Shown here piece by piece: positions 36,639 to 45,843 of a DNA stretch of 56,914 nucleotides (its first letter is position 1; the number at the start of each line of letters is the position of its first letter). The stretch lies in NCBI GenBank assembly GCA_035262945.1, contig DATFRW010000351.1:1-56914 (forward strand), in the 5' to 3' direction. Both the position numbers and the translations under genes were made by a program. This DNA is from Solirubrobacteraceae bacterium. GTDB taxonomy: Bacteria; Actinomycetota; Thermoleophilia; Solirubrobacterales; Solirubrobacteraceae. Under the pieces are notes generated by a model. That model had not been told where the DNA came from. It searched no databases and worked only from the letters and a program-made list of their open reading frames with translations.

Positions 36639-37556
36639 ATGGCGGACATCACCGAGATCCGGCAGCCGGGCAGCTACAGCTACGTGTTCTCGCCCTATCC
36701 GGAGCCGGTGGCGACGGTTGATCCCGGCCAGACCGTGGCGATCCACACCGAGGACGCCTTCGAGGGCCGCATCACGACCGAGCAGGACCTCCCCAGCAAG
36801 GTGCTCGGCTCCTACCTCAACCCGCAGACCGGGCCGATCTACGTCAACGGCGCCGAGCCGGGCGACACGCTTGCGGTCACGATCGAGTCGATCGAGCCGG
36901 CGCGCGACTGGGCCGTGAGCGTCTTCGTCCCGTACTTCGGCGGCCTGACGGCGACGCAGGCCACGCGGTTGCTGCACGACCCGCTGCCCGAGCGCCTCTA
37001 CTTCTACGAGCTACGCGACGGCGTCTTCCGCCACGGCGACCGGCTCGCCATCCCGTGGCGCCCGTTCCTCGGCACGATCGGCACGGCGCCCCAGCTCGAG
37101 GCGGTGTCCGCCCTGACGCCCCACAACCACGGCGGCAACATGGACGTGCGCGACACCTGCCCGGGCAACACCGTCTACCTCCCGGTGCGCGTGCCCGGCG
37201 CGCTCTTCTACACCGGCGACGCCCACGGCAGCCAGGGCGACGGCGAGCTGTGCGGCGTGGCGCTCGAGATCTCGGCGCGGTCGGTCCTGAAGTTCGACCT
37301 GATCAAGGGCCAGGCGATCGACTGGCCGCGCATCGAGTCGCCCAAGAAGCTCATGACGGTGGGCAGCGCGCGCCCCATGGAGGACGCCGCTCGGATCGCC
37401 TATGCCGAGCTCGTCGACTGGCTGGCGGCCGATCACGGCTTCGAACGACTCGATGCTTACCAGCTGCTCACCCAGGCCGGCGAGATGTACGTCGGCAACA
37501 TGGTGGACACGAACTACTCGCTGGTGGCCGGGATCGACAAGAGCTACCTGTCGTAG
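36639..37556 (+). CDS. Acetamidase/formamidase family protein (FmdA/AmdA)
   Basis: 305 aa from MADITEI after GAGGAGG. NPQTGPIYV.GAEPGD.L.V.I and GGNMD....PG..VYLPV...GALF..GD.H..QGDGE are the family pattern. Confidence 0.85.
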   Translation: MADITEIRQPGSYSYVFSPYPEPVATVDPGQTVAIHTEDAFEGRITTEQDLPSKVLGSYLNPQTGPIYVNGAEPGDTLAVTIESIEPARDWAVSVFVPYFGGLTATQATRLLHDPLPERLYFYELRDGVFRHGDRLAIPWRPFLGTIGTAPQLEAVSALTPHNHGGNMDVRDTCPGNTVYLPVRVPGALFYTGDAHGSQGDGELCGVALEISARSVLKFDLIKGQAIDWPRIESPKKLMTVGSARPMEDAARIAYAELVDWLAADHGFERLDAYQLLTQAGEMYVGNMVDTNYSLVAGIDKSYLS

Positions 37557-38467
37557 CCGGCCTCCAGGGCCTGGACGAGGGCCGTCACGGTCTCGCAGAC
37601 CGGGGCGCGCAGCCCGACCGCCCGCGCGCGCGGCCCGATGGCGCCGCTGATGACCGCGACCTCGGTGCGCCGGCGGGCCACGACGTCCTGCAGCATCGAG
37701 GGGCGCGCGCCGGGGATGCGCGTGCCGAAGGCGTGGACGTAGGCGACCGGGTCGTCGAACCCGGGGCGCACGCCGTGCGCCCAGCCGACGTCGTAGGCCT
37801 CCTGCGCGCAGCCGGCGGCGACCGACCACGCCGCGGGATCGTCGAGCACGTCGCCGATCGACATCCCGGTGAGCGCGCAGACGGCGCTGAAGGCGACGTT
37901 GCAGATGAGCTTCTCCCAGACGAGCTTGTTGACGTCGTCGAAGGTGGCGACGGTGAACCCCGCGCCGCGCCAGACGTCGGCCACGCGCTCGATGCGCTCG
38001 CTCACCGGCCCGGCGCGCTCGCCGAGGCGCAGCAGCTCCATGCCGTTGTGGTGCACGTGGCCGGGAGCCTCGATCGAGGCGCCGAAGCCGCCCGCCACGC
38101 CGACCGCCACGGGCTCCTCGCCGAGCGCCGCCACCACGCGCTCGACGCTGCCCAGACCGTTCTGGATCGGCAGGACGACCGTCTCGGGCCCGAGCAGCGG
38201 CGCGGCCGAGCGCGCGGCGTCCTCGACGTCGCCCGCCTTCGTGGCGATGACGACCAGGTCGACCTGCCCCGCGTCGCGCGGGTCGGTGGCGGCCGGCATG
38301 CGCACGACGCGGTCGCCGCTTGCCCCGCTGACGCGCAGGCCGCGTTCGCGAATGGCGTCGATGTGCTCGGCCCACGTGTCGACGGCCCAGACCTCGTTGC
38401 CCGCGTCCGCGAGCAGCGCGGCGTACACCGAGCCCATCGCCCCGGTGCCGACGATCGCGATCCTCAC
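37544..38467 (-). CDS. 2-dehydropantoate 2-reductase family (PanE/ApbA-like ketoacid reductase)
   Basis: 307 aa from GTG (VRIAIVGTGAMGS). KLICNVAFSAV (Lys/Asn) and SMLQDV...RRTEV are present. Last gene of the long operon. Its 3' end overlaps the convergent formamidase gene by 13 nt. Confidence 0.82.
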   Translation of the reverse strand: MRIAIVGTGAMGSVYAALLADAGNEVWAVDTWAEHIDAIRERGLRVSGASGDRVVRMPAATDPRDAGQVDLVVIATKAGDVEDAARSAAPLLGPETVVLPIQNGLGSVERVVAALGEEPVAVGVAGGFGASIEAPGHVHHNGMELLRLGERAGPVSERIERVADVWRGAGFTVATFDDVNKLVWEKLICNVAFSAVCALTGMSIGDVLDDPAAWSVAAGCAQEAYDVGWAHGVRPGFDDPVAYVHAFGTRIPGARPSMLQDVVARRRTEVAVISGAIGPRARAVGLRAPVCETVTALVQALEAGYDR

Positions 38468-38483
38468 TGCCGTGCCCTGCTGC

Positions 38484-40148
38484 TCATGCCAGGAAGTAGG
38501 CGCGATTGAGGGGCAGCTCGCCTGCGGGCTCCAGGCGCACGGGCTCGCCGTCGATGCGCACCTCGCGCCGCTCGCCGTCGACCTCGACTGCCGGCGTGGC
38601 GCCGTTGCGCGGCAGGTCGGCCTTGCGGACGGTCCGCGTCCCGCGGACGAGGGCGACCGGTCCACCCCACGCGCCGCGCGCCCGCTCGATCCCGGTCGCC
38701 GCGCTGAACACCGTGGCCAGGTGCGCGGGGCCGGCGCCGGTGCCACCCCAGAGCGCGCCCTGCACGAGCGGCTCGCCAAGGCGGGTGGAGCCGCTGCCCG
38801 ACGCGAGCGGCCCCCACACGGGGAAGCCGCTTTTCAGGATGAGCTGAGGCTTGGCGCCGAAGAACGCCGGGCGCCACAGGACGATGTCGGCGAGCTTGCC
38901 GGGCTCGAGCGAGCCGACCTCGTGGGCGATGCCGTGCACGAGCGCGGGGTTGATCGTCAGCTTGGCGAGGTAGCGCAGGACGCGCTCGTTGGTGCCGTCG
39001 TCGCCCGCGGCGCGCGCCATCACGTGCGCAAGCTGCCAGGTTCGCCGCGTCACCTCGCCGACGCGCCCCATGCCCATGGAATCAGAGCTCATCATGCTGA
39101 TCGCGCCGAGGTCGTGCAGGACCGATTCCGCGGCCATCGTCCACGCGCGGATGCGCCCGCGCGCGGCGGCGGTGTCGAACGGCAGCAGCGGGTTGAGCCG
39201 GTGGACCGTGCGGATCATCTCCTCGTGCTCGGCCACCGCGTTGACGCCGAAGGGCACGGTCGGCGAGGTCGACGAGGGCAGGACATTGTCGTGCGAGACC
39301 GCCTCGAGGAGGTTGACCGGACCGCCGCCGCATCCCTCCACGTGGTAGGCGTGCACGGCCCGGCCGCCGATCGCGGCGAGCGTCTCCTCGAGCGTCGCGG
39401 ACTCCCCCAGCCCGTCGGCGTGCAGCGCCACCTGCATGTCGTGGCGCTCGGCGGCGGCCAAGACGGCATCGACGACCCAGGGGTAGGCACCGACGTCCTC
39501 GTGGACCTTGTAGGCGCCGGCGCCGAGCGCGGCGAGGTCGTCGAGGAAGTCGGCGTTGGCGGTGCTGCCGCGCACGATGGGCAGCAGGTTGATCGGCACC
39601 GCACGCCACGCGCGCAGGATGTTGTCGAGGTTCGCGCGCGGGTTGATGCCCAGGTCGAACGCGCCCGAGTAGCTCATCGCCGCCATCGTGGTCGTCGCGC
39701 CCGCGAGGGCGGCGGGCACGAGCTGCGGGCCGATGAGGTGCACGTGCGAGTCGATCGTCCCGGGCGTGGCGATGAGGCCCTCGCCGGCGACGACGCCGGT
39801 GGCGGCGCTGATCGGGACGGTGACCCCGTCGTCGCGGTCGGGATCCCCGGCGCGGCCGACCGCGGCCACGCGCCCCTCGCGCACCCCGATCGACGTCTTG
39901 CGCACGCCGAGCACCGGATCGACGAGCACGACGTTGGTGACCACGACGTCGAGCGCCTGGTCGAGCGGCCGCTCGCCGGTCGCCATTAGCCCGTCGCGCA
40001 CCGTCTTACCGAAGCCCACCACGGGCTCGTGCCCGGGCCGCCCGTCATCGGCCTCGACCGTCACGAACAGGTCGGTGTCGCCGAGGCGGACGCGGTCGCC
40101 GGTGGTCGGCCCGTACAGCGAGGCGTACTCGGCGCGGGTCAGTCCCAC
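38484..40148 (-). CDS. ureC: Urease alpha subunit (divergent)
   Basis: 554 aa. YGPTTGDRVRLGDT, DSHVHLIGPQ, YKVHED, VALHADGL, HAYHVEG, TVHRL, RGRIR, SSDSMGMGR and TINPA..HGI.HEVGS...GK.AD are all present. The GTG start overlaps ureB by 10 nt. Confidence 0.88.
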   Translation of the reverse strand: MGLTRAEYASLYGPTTGDRVRLGDTDLFVTVEADDGRPGHEPVVGFGKTVRDGLMATGERPLDQALDVVVTNVVLVDPVLGVRKTSIGVREGRVAAVGRAGDPDRDDGVTVPISAATGVVAGEGLIATPGTIDSHVHLIGPQLVPAALAGATTTMAAMSYSGAFDLGINPRANLDNILRAWRAVPINLLPIVRGSTANADFLDDLAALGAGAYKVHEDVGAYPWVVDAVLAAAERHDMQVALHADGLGESATLEETLAAIGGRAVHAYHVEGCGGGPVNLLEAVSHDNVLPSSTSPTVPFGVNAVAEHEEMIRTVHRLNPLLPFDTAAARGRIRAWTMAAESVLHDLGAISMMSSDSMGMGRVGEVTRRTWQLAHVMARAAGDDGTNERVLRYLAKLTINPALVHGIAHEVGSLEPGKLADIVLWRPAFFGAKPQLILKSGFPVWGPLASGSGSTRLGEPLVQGALWGGTGAGPAHLATVFSAATGIERARGAWGGPVALVRGTRTVRKADLPRNGATPAVEVDGERREVRIDGEPVRLEPAGELPLNRAYFLA

Positions 40149-40390
40149 GTGATCTCGAGCTCCCGCGTCGCCCCCGCGGGGATCGCGACACTCGCGCCGG
40201 CGGGCAGGGCGAGCCTGGCCCCCTCGAGGCCCTCGCGCTCGAAGCGCAGCGCCGCGCTGGCCCGGGCCAGGGGGAAGTGGGAGGTCAGGTAGGCGTCGAA
40301 GCGGCCGGTGTTGGTCACCGTGATCTGCCCGCACCGGGCCGCCGCCTGTGGCACCGGCCCGTCGCCCGGGATCACCTCCCCCGGCCTCAT
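40139..40390 (-). CDS. ureB: Urease beta subunit (short, 83 aa)
   Basis: MRPGEV...ITVTNTGRFDAYLTSHF...AALRFERE...G.RLALPAGASVAIPAG.TRE aligns to the UreB core. ATGA overlap with ureA. Confidence 0.8.
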   Translation of the reverse strand: MRPGEVIPGDGPVPQAAARCGQITVTNTGRFDAYLTSHFPLARASAALRFEREGLEGARLALPAGASVAIPAGATRELEITWD

Positions 40391-40695
40391 CGCGCCACGA
40401 GCCCTTCGAGCGGCACCAGCCGGCTGCCGTCGCCGAACGTCGCCTCGACCTGCAGCGGCGCGTCGAGCAGCTCGGCGACGCCGGGCTCGAGCTGCTCGCG
40501 GGCGAACAGGCCGCGCACGCAGCCGCGCACCTCGTCGAATCCGGCGCCGGCCCGCGCGCGCTCGAGCGCGACGTCGCACGCCATCGCCACGCAGTCGGGG
40601 TGGCTGAGCCGGATCCCCTCGCGCAGCCGGCGCCGCGCGAGCTCGGCCGCGGTGAAGATCAGCAGGCGCTCGGTCTCGCGAGGCGAGAGCTGCAT
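40387..40695 (-). CDS. ureA: Urease gamma subunit
   Basis: 102 aa. MQLSPRETERLLIFTAAELARRRL.EG..L..P..VA......E.AR.G...QVEATF.DGS.LV matches UreA. The start overlaps the upstream stop (TGATG). Confidence 0.88.
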   Translation of the reverse strand: MQLSPRETERLLIFTAAELARRRLREGIRLSHPDCVAMACDVALERARAGAGFDEVRGCVRGLFAREQLEPGVAELLDAPLQVEATFGDGSRLVPLEGLVAR

Positions 40696-42056
40696 CACGC
40701 GGCGACCGGCGCCACCGCGGAGAGGTACTCCCCGTCGCCCGGCTGCCCGGTGACCTCGCCCTCGGCGTAGATGATCCGGCCGCGCAGGACCGTGTACATC
40801 GGGTAGACGCGCAGCTCGTAGCCGTCGAACGGCGACCACTTCTCCTGGTCGTGGTACTCGAGGTCGCGTGCGTCGAGCGTGCGCCGGCCGTTGGTCTCGA
40901 CGACGGCGAAGTCGGCGTCGGCGCCCAGCGCGATCTCGCCCTTGCGCGGGCCGAGCCCGAAGATGTGCGCCGGGTTGGACGACACGAGGCGGGCGATGCG
41001 CGTGATGGGGATGTCGCGGCGGTGCAGCGCCTCGGTGGCGAACACCGGGAAGAAGACCTCGACCCCGTTGCCCGACCCGGGCGCCTGCGCCCAGATGTCC
41101 TCGGCCACTGTCTTGGGCAGCGGCGCGTGGTCGGAGCCGACGGAGTGCACCTTGCCGCCCGCCACCAGCCGCCACAGCCAGTCCACCGACGCGCGCTCGC
41201 GCGTGGGCGGGTTCCACTTCAGCCGGATGTCGGAGACCGAGTCCTCCTTGGTGGTGCACAGGTAGTGGTGGCAGGTCTCGGCCCACGCGTCGGCGCCGCG
41301 GGCCCGGGCGGCGGCGATCGCCTCGACCGTCTGCGGCGAGCTGGCGTGCGCCACCACGACGCGGGCGCCGGTGACCTCGGCGAGCAGGGCGACGTTCTGG
41401 GCGGCCGCGACCTCGCTGTACCACGGGCGCGCGTCGTCCCACGCGGCGAGGTCCTTGCGGCCCGCGGCCATCAGGCGCTCGGTCTCCCAGTCGACGATCT
41501 GGGCGTTCTCGCAGTGCACCGTCGTGACGCGCCCGAGCGCCGCGGCCCGGCGGAGCGCGTCGAGCGTCTGGCCCTCGTCGACGCCGGGGTACATCCCGGG
41601 CGGCGCCACGCCGCCGGTGAAGAGCTTGAAGGCGGCGGCGCCGAGGTCGGCCATCGCAGTCATCTGGTCGGGGTCCTCGGCGAGGTAGCCGCCGAAGCAG
41701 GCGTAGTCGACGTGGCAGCTGTCGCGGATCGCGTCGAGCTTGTCGCGCAGCGTGTCCGCCGTGAGCGTCGGCGGCTTGTCGAGCGGCATGTCGACCACCG
41801 TCGTCACCCCGCCCTTGGCCGCCGCCCGCGTCGCGCCCTCGTACGTCTCCCAGCCGTAGCCGCGGAAGCAGTGGAAGTGCTCGTCGATGACTCCGGGCAT
41901 CACCGTCAGCCCCGTGGCGTCGATCGTCTCGTCGGCGTCGATGGCGGCGTCGGAGATCAGCGCGACGCGTCCGTCGCTGACGCCGATGTTGACCTTGACC
42001 ACGTCGTCGCCCAGGACGACGTCGCCATTGAGGATCGCCAGGTCGAGATGCGTCAC
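40695..42056 (-). CDS. Allantoinase/dihydroorotase-like cyclic amidohydrolase
   Basis: 453 aa from GTG (VTHLDLAILNG). GVIDEHFH (HxH), AAFKLF (Lys), TVHCEN, VVAHASS and VGSDHAP are present. GTGA overlap with the upstream gene. Confidence 0.85.
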   Translation of the reverse strand: MTHLDLAILNGDVVLGDDVVKVNIGVSDGRVALISDAAIDADETIDATGLTVMPGVIDEHFHCFRGYGWETYEGATRAAAKGGVTTVVDMPLDKPPTLTADTLRDKLDAIRDSCHVDYACFGGYLAEDPDQMTAMADLGAAAFKLFTGGVAPPGMYPGVDEGQTLDALRRAAALGRVTTVHCENAQIVDWETERLMAAGRKDLAAWDDARPWYSEVAAAQNVALLAEVTGARVVVAHASSPQTVEAIAAARARGADAWAETCHHYLCTTKEDSVSDIRLKWNPPTRERASVDWLWRLVAGGKVHSVGSDHAPLPKTVAEDIWAQAPGSGNGVEVFFPVFATEALHRRDIPITRIARLVSSNPAHIFGLGPRKGEIALGADADFAVVETNGRRTLDARDLEYHDQEKWSPFDGYELRVYPMYTVLRGRIIYAEGEVTGQPGDGEYLSAVAPVAA

Positions 42057-43015
42057 GTTGTCCTCCCGGATGTCGTCGCCGGCGGCAGCACGAGGTCGAC
42101 CGGGCGCCCCTCGCAGAAGGCGAGGATCGCGTCGGTCATGCCCGAGAACTGGCGCTCGAGCGTTTCCTGGGTCAGCCAGGCGATGTGTGGCGTGATGATG
42201 AGGTTGGGCACTGCGGCGAGGCTGCGCGCGCGCTCGGCTTCCAGCGGCTCGCCCTCGACCACGTCGAGGCAGGCGCCCCCGAGGTGGCCGGCCGCGAGCA
42301 GGTCGCAGAGCGCCTCGGTGTCGACGATCTCGCCGCGCGCGGTGTTGACCAGCCAGGCGCCGGGGCGCATCGACTCGAGGCGGTCGCGGTCCAGCAGCCG
42401 GTGCGTCTCGGGAGTGAGCGCGACGTTGACCGAGACGGCATCGCTGCGGCGCAGCAGCTCGTCGAGGTCGACGCGCTCGACGCCCTCCGGGCGCACGTCG
42501 CTGCGCGACCAGCCGAGGACCTGCATGCCCACCGCGCGCGCGAGCGCCGCCACGCGCCGGCCGATCGAGCCCAGCCCGATCACCCCGAGCGTGTGGCCGG
42601 CGAGGTCGGCGCCGATGAAGCCGGTGAACTCCCAGCGCCCCGCGGCGGTCGACGCGGCCGCTTCGGCCAGCCGCCGGCGCCCCATCATCAGCATGCCGAG
42701 CGTGTACTCGGCAACCGAGGCGATGGGTGCCGTCGGGACCGTGACGACTCCCACGCCGCGGCGCGCAGCCGCTTCGACGGCGATGTGCGAGTAGCCGGCC
42801 GTGCGCGTGGCGACCAGCTCGAGACCCGGCAGCCGCGCGATCACGTCCTCGGTGATCGGCGTGTAGGTGTAGAGCGCGGCCAGCACGGTCGCGCCCTGCG
42901 CCCGCTCGACCACGTCGTCGGCGCTCGCGGGCCCGCGTGCGATCCGCGTCGGCAGCGATGCGGCGAGACGTGCCAGCCGTGGCTCGTCGGGCTCGAGGCA
43001 GTCGACCACCGCCAC
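42053..43015 (-). CDS. D-isomer-specific 2-hydroxyacid dehydrogenase (NAD-binding)
   Basis: About 320 aa. GVIGLGSIGRRVA, NTARGEIVD, LDVVEGEP and ITPHIAW give the R-E-H triad. The GTG start (43015 or 43009) is uncertain. Confidence 0.82.
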   Translation of the reverse strand: MAVVDCLEPDEPRLARLAASLPTRIARGPASADDVVERAQGATVLAALYTYTPITEDVIARLPGLELVATRTAGYSHIAVEAAARRGVGVVTVPTAPIASVAEYTLGMLMMGRRRLAEAAASTAAGRWEFTGFIGADLAGHTLGVIGLGSIGRRVAALARAVGMQVLGWSRSDVRPEGVERVDLDELLRRSDAVSVNVALTPETHRLLDRDRLESMRPGAWLVNTARGEIVDTEALCDLLAAGHLGGACLDVVEGEPLEAERARSLAAVPNLIITPHIAWLTQETLERQFSGMTDAILAFCEGRPVDLVLPPATTSGRTT

Positions 43016-43038
43016 GAGGTGGGTCCCGGGCGCGGCGC

Positions 43039-43944
43039 TCAACCCTCGGTGCCGGCGGCGACGAACGGGCCGGCGCGGTGCAGCAGCCCGGGCACGTCGT
43101 GGCGCAACTCGCCGGCCAGCCAGTCGGCGATCGCGATGAGCGCGTCGAGGTCCAGGCCACTGTCCACGCCCTCGCCGTCGAGGAGGTAGACGAGGTCCTC
43201 GGTGGCGATGTTTCCGGTCGCGCGCGGCGCGAACGGGCACCCGCCGATCCCGCCGATCGACGCGTCGAGCAGCGTGGCGCCGTGCTCGAGGCCGGTGATC
43301 GCGTTGGCGTAGCCCGTGTTGCGGGTGTTGTGCAGATGCAGCCCGACCGGCGCGCCGCCGGCGGCCTCCAGCGCGGCGGGCACGAGACGGCGCACCTGCG
43401 CGGGCACGGCCACGCCGATCGTGTCGGCGAGCATGATCTCGTCCACGCCGGCCCCGGCCATGCGCCTGACGTGCTCGATGACCACGCCGGGGTCGACCGG
43501 CCCCTCGAAGGGGCAGCCGAACGAGGCGCCCAGCGTCGCGGTCACCTTCGCGCCGGCCTCGCGCCCCTCGGCGATGAGCTCCTCGGTCCCGCTGGCCGCC
43601 TCCTCGAGCGTCATGCCCTGGTTGCGCTCGGCGAAGGTGTCGGTCACCGGGTAGGCGAGGTGGATCTCCTTCACGCCGGCGGCCAGCGCGCGATCGACGC
43701 CGCGCCGGTTGAGCGCGAGCGCCGCGAAGCTCACGTCGTCGCGAGCCTCGATCGCGTCGAAGACCTCCTCGACCCCGGCCATCTGAGGCACGCGCTTGGG
43801 GTTGACGAAGCTGCCGGCCTCGACGCGCCGCAGCCCCGCGTCGGCGAGGCGCACGCACAACTCGGCGCGCACCTGCGGCGCGAGGGTCGTGACGTCGTTC
43901 TGCAGGCCGTCGCGCGGCCCGACGTCGCAGATGACGATCTCCAT
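43039..43944 (-). CDS. Hydroxymethylglutaryl-CoA lyase family (HMGL-like)
   Basis: 301 aa with DVGPRDGLQN, HLHNTRNTGYAN and GGIGGCPFAPRATGNIATEDL. Confidence 0.88.
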   Translation of the reverse strand: MEIVICDVGPRDGLQNDVTTLAPQVRAELCVRLADAGLRRVEAGSFVNPKRVPQMAGVEEVFDAIEARDDVSFAALALNRRGVDRALAAGVKEIHLAYPVTDTFAERNQGMTLEEAASGTEELIAEGREAGAKVTATLGASFGCPFEGPVDPGVVIEHVRRMAGAGVDEIMLADTIGVAVPAQVRRLVPAALEAAGGAPVGLHLHNTRNTGYANAITGLEHGATLLDASIGGIGGCPFAPRATGNIATEDLVYLLDGEGVDSGLDLDALIAIADWLAGELRHDVPGLLHRAGPFVAAGTEG

Positions 43945-43947
43945 GCC

Positions 43948-45843
43948 TCAGCCTCCCGCGCGGGTCTCCTTGTTCATCCAGGCGTCGAAGTCGCGCCGCT
44001 CCTGGGCGATGCGGGCGGCGAGCTGCTCCTTCTCGGGCAGCGGCCCGAAGTCGAACTCGGACGGCTCGGCGCGCTCGGCCATCGCCTTCTCGCGCAGCGC
44101 CGTCGTGGCGCTCTCGTCGATCTCGCCGCGCGCGGAGACAACCACGCCGTACTGGTCCCGGGCCGCGTCGACGGTCACGAGCCCGGCCCGCACATCGGCC
44201 GCGACGCGCTCGGGCTCGCGGGTGAGGGGATCGCCGAGGCCGCCGGCGCCCGCGGTCGAGAAGATCAGCTGGTCGCCCTTGTGGACCGGGACGTTCTCGA
44301 CCTTCGAGGGCAGGCGCAGCTCCTCGCCGTCCGCGGCGCGAATCAGGCGCTTCTCCGAGGGCTCGCCGTGGCGCGCGCCCTGCAGGCCCCACGGGAAGGT
44401 CTGGCTGCGGTCGTCCTGGTAGGAGATGAAGCCGTCCTCGAGGAAGCGGTAGACCTTGTCGACGCCGTGGCCGCCGCGGTGGTAGCCCGCGCCGCCGGAA
44501 TCTGCGCGCGCCCTGTAGGCCTCCACACGCAGGGGGTAGTACTTCTCGAGGTACTCGGTCGGCACTGCCTTGAACAGCGGCCACCACGAGTGCCCGTCGA
44601 GGCCGTCGGCGAACGGCCGCGCGGGGATGCCGCCATAGAGGATCTCCAGGATCTGGTACGGGTTGCCGGCCGCGTCGGTGCCCGAGTACACGAAATTCGG
44701 GCTGGTGCCGTAGCTGCCCGAGACGGCGAAGTCCTCCAGCGCCTTGGAGAAGACGGCGTCGACGACGTCGAACTGGCGCGCCATCAGGCTCAGGCGGTTG
44801 CCCAGCGGCGCCGGGAACTGCGGCCGCAGCGCGCACCCGTCGGGGATCGTCACCTCGATCAGGTCGTAGTAGCCGTCGTTGAACACGAGGTCCGGAGCGA
44901 AGGCCATGATGAGGAAGACCCCGGCGAACATCTTGAACATCTCGTGGTTGAGCAGGAAGTTCACCGAGCCCGGCACCGCCGGGTCTGTCCCGGTCCAGTC
45001 GAGATGTAGGCGGTCGCCCTCGCGCCACATGGCGAGCTTGAGCTTGATCGGGCCGTGGCCGAGCCCGTCGTCGTCGGCGTGGTCCTCGAACTCGAAGCGC
45101 TCGCCGTCCGGCAGGTGGGTGCGGATGAGCTCGATGAGCCCGCCCCGCGTGCGATCGAGGATCGCGTCGCAGGCCTCGAGGTAGGTGTCGCGGCCGAAGC
45201 GGTCGCACAGCTCGAGCACCCGCGCGGCGCCCGCGGCCGTGCCCGCCGCGATCGCCTTGATGTCGGCCTCGACCTCCTTGGGCAGCCGGGTGTTGTGGCA
45301 GAAGAGGTGCAGGACCTCCTCGTTGAGCCGCCCCTGGTCGTAGAGCTTCAGCGGCGGCATCCGCACGCCCTCGTAGTAGATGCTGCGCGCGCTGATGGGC
45401 ATGGAGCCGGCGGCGGTGCCGCCCACGTCCATGAGGTTCCCCCACTGCGATGCGTAGCCGACCATCACGTCCTCGTGGAAGATCGGCCGCAGGATCATGA
45501 AGTCGGGCGTGTGCGAGATCGACCCCTCGCACATATAGGGGTCGTTCAGCGCGATGACGTCACCGTCGCGGAGGTCGTCGACGGTGTACGGCGAGTGGTC
45601 GAGGATCGTCTGGATCGCGCTGCCGAACTGGCCGATGACCATGCGGCCCTGCCGGTCGGCGATGAGCGGAAACTGGTCGGACTGCTCGCGGATGACCGGG
45701 CTGACCGCGGTGGTCTCGAGGACGCGGTCCATCTCGTAGCGCGTGTTCGAGAGCGTGTTCTCGATGATGTCGAGCGTGATCGGGTCGATGTCGTGCTCGC
45801 GCACGAAGTCCGGCAGCTGCCGCCCGGTCTCGATGCTGGTCAT
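43948..45843 (-). CDS. hyuB: Hydantoinase B family, B subunit (pair 4; same subclass as pair 3)
   Basis: 631 aa from MTSIETG. DPITLDIIENTLSNTRYEMD, NDPYMCEGSISHTPDF and AGGLGDP are present. ATGA overlap with hyuA-4. Confidence 0.9.
   Translation of the reverse strand: MTSIETGRQLPDFVREHDIDPITLDIIENTLSNTRYEMDRVLETTAVSPVIREQSDQFPLIADRQGRMVIGQFGSAIQTILDHSPYTVDDLRDGDVIALNDPYMCEGSISHTPDFMILRPIFHEDVMVGYASQWGNLMDVGGTAAGSMPISARSIYYEGVRMPPLKLYDQGRLNEEVLHLFCHNTRLPKEVEADIKAIAAGTAAGAARVLELCDRFGRDTYLEACDAILDRTRGGLIELIRTHLPDGERFEFEDHADDDGLGHGPIKLKLAMWREGDRLHLDWTGTDPAVPGSVNFLLNHEMFKMFAGVFLIMAFAPDLVFNDGYYDLIEVTIPDGCALRPQFPAPLGNRLSLMARQFDVVDAVFSKALEDFAVSGSYGTSPNFVYSGTDAAGNPYQILEILYGGIPARPFADGLDGHSWWPLFKAVPTEYLEKYYPLRVEAYRARADSGGAGYHRGGHGVDKVYRFLEDGFISYQDDRSQTFPWGLQGARHGEPSEKRLIRAADGEELRLPSKVENVPVHKGDQLIFSTAGAGGLGDPLTREPERVAADVRAGLVTVDAARDQYGVVVSARGEIDESATTALREKAMAERAEPSEFDFGPLPEKEQLAARIAQERRDFDAWMNKETRAGG

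Noticed and set aside
42053-45532. Long N-terminal extensions in the ORF track (this 1159-aa ORF, and also 7631-9541, 21988-24885, 30808-33555, 40695-43160, 43948-46011, 47929-49731, 14586-16661, 16721-18883, 28670-30844).
   Set aside because: The recognisable protein begins far inside each ORF, exactly at an ATG or GTG that overlaps the stop of the upstream gene or follows an SD sequence. The extension reads through the upstream gene in another frame and is low-complexity. Coordinates were trimmed accordingly.
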